From the NCBI GenBank assembly GCA_038213805.1, contig JBBQSO010000009.1:1-64000 (forward strand): DNA of 64,000 nucleotides, in the 5' to 3' direction. The translations under genes and the position numbers were made by a program. The notes below the pieces were generated by a model that was not told the origin of the DNA, did not search any database, and saw only the letters and a list, made by a program, of their open reading frames with translations. Shown here piece after piece: positions 58,376-64,000 of the stretch (position 1 is its first letter; each line of letters opens with the position of its first letter). Source of the stretch: Planctomycetota bacterium. Lineage in GTDB: Bacteria > Planctomycetota > UBA11346.

Positions 58376-58568
58376 GGCGCGGAGGCGCAGAGCTCGGAGG
58401 AGGGCGACTGGGCCGGGCGCAGCCAGACGCACGCGATCACATCTCCTCGTCCTCACGACCGATCGTTCGGCACAGTGGTCGTGCCACTCCGTTAGAGACG
58501 TCGAGGGGCCGGTCAGACGCTCCGGAGCCCTTCCCAACTCCTCCGATCTCCGCGCCTCCGCGGCGCCT
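58376..58568. repeat. Degenerate inverted ~9-mer arms (ggcgcggaggcgcagagctcggagg / cctccgatctccgcgcctccgcggcgcc) between convergent genes
   Basis: The two arms are near reverse complements and sit near both stop codons. Confidence 0.55.
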
Positions 58569-58586
58569 GTTCCATCCCTGCCCTTT

Positions 58587-59621
58587 TCAGCGGCCGTTGA
58601 CCACGCGCTGCAGCTGCGGCGGGGCGCCGAGGACCGCGACGTGGTCGCCGGCCTTCAGGATGCGGTCACCCTTCGGGTGGAAGTCGCGCTCCTGGCCGTG
58701 GCTGATCAGGACGATGCTGAGGTCGTAGGCCTGCTCGACGGCATCGACGGTGAGCGCGACCAGCGGGTGGCCGGCGGCGAGGGTGAAGCGCGCGAGGCTC
58801 ATCGCCTCGCCGTCGACCACCACCGGCGGGGTGATATCGACGTTGGCGGCGACGGCGGCGAACAGCGGCGCGGCCATGGCGGTGGCGCTGAAGGCGCGGA
58901 AGCCGGACTGGCGGGTGAGGTGCTGGGCGAACTCGTCATCGAAGATGCGGATGACCACCTCGATGGTCCCCTTGAGATGGCGGGCCTTGAGTGCGACCTG
59001 GAGATTGAGCGCGTCGTCCTGGGTCAGAATCACCACGCTGCGCGCGCGTGCGGCGCCGGCCGCAGCGAGGGTCGCCTCGACGCGCGCATCGCCCGGGATC
59101 ACCGGGACCTCAAGGGCGCGGATCTCGTCGAGCATCTCGGGGCGCGGCGCGAGCTCGATGACCACGACCTCCTGGCCGAGCTCGTGGAGGTGGCGCACCA
59201 CGCGCAGGCCGAGGCGGCCGAGGCCGACCAGGATGATGTGGTCGTGATAGGTGGAGGCGACGGCCATGGCCCACTCCCTGCCGCGGGCGCGGCGGTTGAA
59301 GAGCAAGGTGGAGAAATCCGCGAGCCCCTGCGCGAGGATCGCGAAGCCGACCAGCGGCATGAGGAACCAGAACGCCTGCAGCGGGTAGGCCGCCGGCCAG
59401 TCGCCGAACGACTGCAGGAAGGTCAGCGACAACACCAGGTACACCGCCTGGGTGGGCTGCATGGCGATGCCGTAGCGGCCCGCCAGCCACCAGTACAGCA
59501 GGCCCAGCCCGATGATGGTGCCGCTGAAGACCAGCAGCGGCGCGCGGAACTCGCGCAGCAGCAGCACCGTGTCCCGCCACAGGGCATGGAGCTTTCTCAG
59601 CTGCGGGAAGCGGGCGGGCAT
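58587..59621 (-). CDS. TrkA/RCK-domain membrane protein (K+ channel-like 2TM + TrkA_N + TrkA_C)
   Basis: Two TMs around a pore-like segment; HIILVGLGRLG, VIPGDAR, DDALNL; C-terminal TrkA_C. Confidence 0.88.
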   Translation of the reverse strand: MPARFPQLRKLHALWRDTVLLLREFRAPLLVFSGTIIGLGLLYWWLAGRYGIAMQPTQAVYLVLSLTFLQSFGDWPAAYPLQAFWFLMPLVGFAILAQGLADFSTLLFNRRARGREWAMAVASTYHDHIILVGLGRLGLRVVRHLHELGQEVVVIELAPRPEMLDEIRALEVPVIPGDARVEATLAAAGAARARSVVILTQDDALNLQVALKARHLKGTIEVVIRIFDDEFAQHLTRQSGFRAFSATAMAAPLFAAVAANVDITPPVVVDGEAMSLARFTLAAGHPLVALTVDAVEQAYDLSIVLISHGQERDFHPKGDRILKAGDHVAVLGAPPQLQRVVNGR

Positions 59622-59691
59622 CGCCCTGGGGATAGCAGGGTGGGGCGAGGGGCGCAATCGCGCTCTGGCGCTTCGTGGGGGTCGCGCGCCC

Positions 59692-60252
59692 CTACGCGCC
59701 GACGACCCGCTGCCGCGCGGCCCGCAGCCGCACCCCATGCCCGCCATCGGCGTAATACCCGGGCAGCTGCTCCACCAGGCTGAATCCAAGCCGCTCGTAG
59801 ATGCCGAGCGCGGCGGTGTTGTCGTGGCGGACCTCGAGCGAGATCACGTCGCAGCGCCGCGGCACGCGCTTGACCAGCGCGACGATGAGCGTGGCGCCCA
59901 GTCCGCGGCCGCGCTGCGACGGGTCGACGGCGAGCGAGTAGAGCCGCGCGACGCGGCTGCCGGCGCGCAGCAGCGCGCTGGCGCCGCCGACCACCAACCC
60001 GCCCTCGCGCACCAGCACGGTGATGGCCGAGCCACGGCGCGCGGCCGGGCCGAGCAGGTGCTTCCACACGCGCAGCGGGAAGCGGTCGGCAGGCGGGAAG
60101 CAGCGCTCCTCAAGGGCCGCGAGCTGGCCGGCATCGGGCGCTCGCGCCACGACGATCCGCGCTGCGGCGGCCACCGCCGCGCGCGCCGTGGACGGCACGG
60201 TGGCTGGCCGGGACGCCGGCGTCTGCTTCACGGACTTCACGCGCATCGCCAT
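59692..60252 (-). CDS. GNAT N-acetyltransferase (RimI-like)
   Basis: RLYSLAVDPSQRGRGLG, LEVRHDN, YERLGF, YYADG. Confidence 0.9.
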   Translation of the reverse strand: MAMRVKSVKQTPASRPATVPSTARAAVAAAARIVVARAPDAGQLAALEERCFPPADRFPLRVWKHLLGPAARRGSAITVLVREGGLVVGGASALLRAGSRVARLYSLAVDPSQRGRGLGATLIVALVKRVPRRCDVISLEVRHDNTAALGIYERLGFSLVEQLPGYYADGGHGVRLRAARQRVVGA

Positions 60253-60272
60253 CGCGGGCCCGCCCCGTCCGC

Positions 60273-61193
60273 TCAGGCGCCGGCCGCCGCCTTGACCTCG
60301 TACCAGCCCTCCCAGGGCTCGCCGGCGAGGTGGCGGACGACGTTGCGGTAGACCTCGGGGTTGTTCATGTCCTCAAGACCGGCATCGATGTTGGGATTGT
60401 CGTTGACCTCGATGACCACGAACCCGTCGTCGAGCTCCTTGACATCCACGCCGTAGAGGCTGCGGCCGATGCTGTTGCCAGCGCGCAGCGCGACCTCGAT
60501 CAGGCGCGGGTCGATCTGCGACTTCTCGACCGATTGCACGGTGCACAGGCTGGGCTTGCCGTCGCCATCGCGGTCGTGGATGCGCCAGGTGCCGGGGTGC
60601 ATGATGTACTTGACGACGAAGAGCACCTTGCCGTCGAGGATCGTCACCCGCCAGTCGAAGGCGCTGGGCAGATACTGCTGGACGACCAGTCTGTCCGCGC
60701 GGCGCAGGAAGCGCTTGCCGACTTTGACAAAGCTGGCTTCGTCATGGGCCTTCTCGACGTAAGCGCTGAACGAGCTGTTGGGCGCCTTGAGCACCAGCGG
60801 CGTGCCGTAGGTCTCGAACAGTTCGCGCGCCTGCTCGACGGTGACCTCGTCCTCGGTCAGGAAGCAGGTGTCCGGCATCGGCACCTCGGCGCGCATCAAG
60901 TGCTGGTACATGTTGACCTTGTCGCAGCACACCAGGATGCTGTCCGGCTCGTCGATCACGACCAGGCCGTGCACCTCGGCCATGCGCGCGGCGACGTAGC
61001 TGGTGTTGAGCGGGTCGGTAAGCGCGCGGATGAGCAGCCCGGTGTAGCGCGGGATGTTCATGATCTCGCTGCGGAAGATGAAGTCGCAGTCGTGCCCGAG
61101 CTTGGCCGCCGCCATGCGGAAGTTGGTCAGCGCGGTCAGCTCGACGGCGCGGCGGATGGTGTAGCGTTCAGTGAAGATGGCGAGGCGGGCCAT
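60273..61193 (-). CDS. RimK-family ATP-grasp ligase
   Basis: CDKVNMY, PLVLKAPNSSFS, QQYLPSAFDWRV, YGVDVKE, VIEVNDNPNID. Confidence 0.92.
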   Translation of the reverse strand: MARLAIFTERYTIRRAVELTALTNFRMAAAKLGHDCDFIFRSEIMNIPRYTGLLIRALTDPLNTSYVAARMAEVHGLVVIDEPDSILVCCDKVNMYQHLMRAEVPMPDTCFLTEDEVTVEQARELFETYGTPLVLKAPNSSFSAYVEKAHDEASFVKVGKRFLRRADRLVVQQYLPSAFDWRVTILDGKVLFVVKYIMHPGTWRIHDRDGDGKPSLCTVQSVEKSQIDPRLIEVALRAGNSIGRSLYGVDVKELDDGFVVIEVNDNPNIDAGLEDMNNPEVYRNVVRHLAGEPWEGWYEVKAAAGA

Positions 61194-61200
61194 ATCAAAA

Positions 61201-61306
61201 AGTCCGGCAGTGCGGAAGTCCGGAAATCCGGAAGTCCTGAGGAACGGGGGAGACCGCGGGGAACACGAGACTTCCGGACTTCCGGACTTCCGGATCTCCG
61301 GACTGC
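61201..61306. repeat. Inverted octamer arrays (GTCCGGAA)n ... (CTTCCGGA)n inside the RimK operon
   Basis: agtccggcagtgcggaagtccggaaatccggaagtcc ... gacttccggacttccggacttccggatctccggact. Confidence 0.9.
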
Positions 61307-61310
61307 GAGG

Positions 61311-62066
61311 TCATGCGCGCCACAGCCCGGCCTCCTTGACGATGGCCTTTTCGTTCTGGGTCAGCTCCTCCTTCTTGAGGGGCTCGATGGCGCTGAACAA
61401 ATACTGCTTCTCGGTGACGATGATCTTCACCCGCGCCAGGGGCAGGCGGAAGGTCGCCCACAGGCGCAGGGCGAGGTCCTGGTACTCGGGCTTCAGGCAC
61501 TGGCCGAGAACCAGGCGCAGGGTGTCGATGCGGCTGTCGGGCGGCATGACCTGCACCACCATCGCGTACTTGCCGGACATGGTCAGGGATTTCATCGCCT
61601 CGGGCAGGCCCGCGGCGTCGGCGATCACCAGGCCCTCGTCCTGGAAGGGGTTGATCGGGTAGGCGACCAGCGGCGGTACGATCGACACCGACGATTCGCT
61701 GGCGATCTCCCACTGCGGGATGGCGATGCCGGCGGCCTGGGCCTTGCTCAGCGCCAGCGGCACCACGTAGGCGTCGAGCGCCTCGCTCGGGCTGGGCAGG
61801 GCGAGCAGACCCTCGTGCTCGGCCTCCATGCTGCGGTAGTAGCCGTCGCCCAGGTAGGTGTAGTCCCCCTCCAGGTTCACGAAGACGCCTTGGGCGCGGA
61901 GATCCTCCGGCAGGCTGGTGGAGGGGAATTTCGGTGTGTTCATCGGTTTCGGCCGGGGCTGCAACGGGTCCGGGACGGGAGCGGAGGTCGGCTGGCCGGC
62001 GGAGGCCGAGGCCTCCGCGGCGGCGGGCGGAGGCGGGTCGGTGCGAACGGAGGTGCTGTTCACCAT
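61311..62066 (-). CDS. RimK-like ATP-grasp N-terminal (RLAN) domain protein, stand-alone
   Basis: VNLEGDYTYLGDGYYRSMEAE...LPS resembles the RLAN core; directly upstream of the RimK ligase. Alternative start 61943. Confidence 0.75.
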   Translation of the reverse strand: MVNSTSVRTDPPPPAAAEASASAGQPTSAPVPDPLQPRPKPMNTPKFPSTSLPEDLRAQGVFVNLEGDYTYLGDGYYRSMEAEHEGLLALPSPSEALDAYVVPLALSKAQAAGIAIPQWEIASESSVSIVPPLVAYPINPFQDEGLVIADAAGLPEAMKSLTMSGKYAMVVQVMPPDSRIDTLRLVLGQCLKPEYQDLALRLWATFRLPLARVKIIVTEKQYLFSAIEPLKKEELTQNEKAIVKEAGLWRA

Positions 62067-62172
62067 AGGATCGCCGCTGCGCGGATGAGCCGCGGCGATC
62101 GGGGGATGCTAATGGGCACTCCGACAAGGAAAGGTTTTTGTGTCCGCGCCACCCGGCCAACCGGGGCGACCA

Positions 62173-62709
62173 TCAGACAGTGGGCGCTTGGAGTAGGCGC
62201 ACGACCAGCAGGCGGAACTCCTCCGCCTGGAGGGCGGCCAGGGCACCGCGCCGGGCACCGGGCGCGCGCAGCGCCGCGACGCCGGCGCGCGGGCGCCAGC
62301 GGCCGCCTTCCACGAGCTCGGTCAGTCCGGCGGCGAGCGCCGGCGCGGCGAGCGCGGCTTCGAGCGGATGGCCGGCGACCTCGTCGAACCAGTAGCCGGC
62401 GTTGGCCAGGTCGCCCTCGCGGCGATGGAGCATGGCGTGCAGCCAGTCGGCGTCCGCATCGCCTTCGCGCGCCTGGATGATGGCATGGGCCGCATCGAGG
62501 TGGTCGTGCCACAGCAGCGCGGCAGCCAGCAGCAGGTCGCGGGCGCGCTCCGGGGTCGCGGTCGGCATTGCGGCAGCGACCTGGGCGCGGACCGCGGGCT
62601 CATCGGCGACGCCGGGACGCGGTCCACGCTCCAGCCCCGGTTCGCCCGCGCGCTGCAGCGCGGTCCACAGCGCCGCGGCCGGCTTGGCGCCCGACTTTTC
62701 GCCGCTCAC
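62173..62709 (-). CDS. Conserved-looking helical hypothetical protein
   Basis: LWHDHLDAAHAIIQ...WLHAMLHRREGDLANAGYWF motif; coupled to the upstream gene. Confidence 0.75.
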   Translation of the reverse strand: MSGEKSGAKPAAALWTALQRAGEPGLERGPRPGVADEPAVRAQVAAAMPTATPERARDLLLAAALLWHDHLDAAHAIIQAREGDADADWLHAMLHRREGDLANAGYWFDEVAGHPLEAALAAPALAAGLTELVEGGRWRPRAGVAALRAPGARRGALAALQAEEFRLLVVRLLQAPTV

Positions 62710-63803
62710 GGTGCGGGTGCCGGCTTGGCGTCGACGTGCCAGCCGACCTCGTAGGCGCTCCAGGCGGGAACGCCGGCGAGGTCGGCGGACAGATCCTGCT
62801 CGGCGCCTGCGCCAAGGTGGGCGACCGGCAGGTCGAGGACCTTGAGCGTGCCACCCGCGCTGTTCTGCAGGGTGATGGTCACCACCAGGCCGTCGAGATC
62901 GGCGCCGGTGCCGTTGCGCACGCGCGCCTTCATCTTCTTGCCCTCGGCATGGATCTTGGCGACCTCGACGTCGTTGGCGCCGGTGAACGAGCCCTGGTCG
63001 AGGGTCGCGGTGTCGGTCTGCCGGTTGGAGATGGTGACGGTCGCGAACTTCGGCACGTTCTTGGCCTCGACCTTGTGGTCTTTGACGTATCCGCCGGGCA
63101 GGTCGGCCTTTTCAGGCTGATAGACCTTGGTGGCGACATCCTTGCCCTTGTCATCGCGGAAATGGATGGTCTGGACCAGGTCGCGCACCGGCTGGCCGCC
63201 GATGTTCCACAGCCCGAAGGTCACCACCGCGCCGGCTCCGGCGGCCTCGAAGTTCTGGTTCACCACCACCAGGTACGAAATCTGGGCGAGGTCGGCCAAG
63301 CCGATGGGCACCGAGAACTTGTCGATGCCGAGATGGGTGTCCTTGCCGCCCTTCCACTCCACCTCGATCTGGTAGGCCTGCCAGTTCGGGCAGTTGAGCT
63401 TGTAGTCGAGGTCACGGCTGGCCCCGGCAGCGAGCGCCGGCAGGTCCTTCCAGGGGCCGGCCAGCAGCGGCTTGCGCGCGCCGTCGAGGGTGGTCAGGCG
63501 CAGGCGCAACCCGTCGAGGGCGGCCTTGCCGGCCTTCAGGCGCAACTCCCACTGGAAGAAGGGGCGGTAGTTCTCGTCGGCGCGGCCGCTGAAGACATAG
63601 GAGCCAGTGAAGGCCGGGTTGGCCCCGGTCGGCGCCGGGGCGGTTGCGGCCTGACGGGCGAAGGCCTGCTGCGCATCGGCCTTGCCGGCCTGGGACCAGG
63701 CGGGGCCGGAGACGGCGGGGCGGGGCTTGGCCTCAGCGGCGCCGAGCAGGCCGGGGGCCATGGCGGTGAACAGAACGAGGCAGACGGAGAGCAGGCGGGA
63801 CAT
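62706..63803 (-). CDS. Secreted protein with repeated Ig-like beta-sandwich domains
   Basis: Signal peptide MSRLLSVCLVLFTAM; three similar modules (e.g. RVRNGTGADLDGLVVTITLQNSAG). Confidence 0.7.
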   Translation of the reverse strand: MSRLLSVCLVLFTAMAPGLLGAAEAKPRPAVSGPAWSQAGKADAQQAFARQAATAPAPTGANPAFTGSYVFSGRADENYRPFFQWELRLKAGKAALDGLRLRLTTLDGARKPLLAGPWKDLPALAAGASRDLDYKLNCPNWQAYQIEVEWKGGKDTHLGIDKFSVPIGLADLAQISYLVVVNQNFEAAGAGAVVTFGLWNIGGQPVRDLVQTIHFRDDKGKDVATKVYQPEKADLPGGYVKDHKVEAKNVPKFATVTISNRQTDTATLDQGSFTGANDVEVAKIHAEGKKMKARVRNGTGADLDGLVVTITLQNSAGGTLKVLDLPVAHLGAGAEQDLSADLAGVPAWSAYEVGWHVDAKPAPAP

Positions 63804-64000
63804 CACGACCTCGGCAAAGCGCAGCGGCGGCAGGAAGGAACCAGGATGAACGGTGCCAGGGAATGCAGGTTCAGACCCGGTCATGTCGGAGGATGCACCC
63901 ATCGCTCATGCCGCGCCATGCATCAACCCGTTGACCCAGGGAGCCGGCGCAAGCCCTGCCGAGGGTCTGGGTTTATGGAGAGCGTCGGGCGTTCCGGTCG

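Overview
High-GC bacterial chromosomal window (about 70% by eye), probably from a Planctomycetota/PVC-type diderm. That assignment is inferred from the TPR-(alpha-CTD)2 gene, the large secreted TPR proteins and the large split CcsB/CcsA. In order, it contains: a partial PseC-like aminotransferase divergent from a lone flagellin; three secreted helical/TPR proteins; sppA; and a 7-gene, ~10 kb redox operon (tetra-, deca- and pentaheme cytochromes c, a dual cNMP-binding/4x[4Fe-4S] protein, a di-heme-b-type membrane protein, an outer-membrane beta-barrel and a membrane-anchored FNR-like flavoprotein). Next come a four-helix-bundle gene, a RIO kinase, system II cytochrome c maturation genes, an FHA-[2Fe-2S] fusion, queC, uvrB and an RNB nuclease. 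These are followed by an OPX/Wzc/beta-barrel polysaccharide export trio, a TtpC-type TonB cluster, a metal-binding protein, tRNA-Arg(UCU) and PhoH2. The last part holds a 1477-aa MglA GTPase/Zn-ribbon/pseudokinase/TM/periplasmic fusion, lspA, argD, TPR-(alpha-CTD)2, a GH13 protein, a TrkA-domain protein and an RLAN/RimK/GNAT cluster. Three candidates stand out as possibly undescribed biology: (1) a possibly cNMP-gated, envelope-spanning electron conduit; (2) the MglA-pseudokinase receptor-like fusion; (3) about 11 intergenic elements built from short (7-9 nt) tandem repeats, mostly as inverted arm pairs close to stop codons, with the largest next to an Avd-like four-helix-bundle gene. All calls come from reading motifs by eye; no database searches were run.
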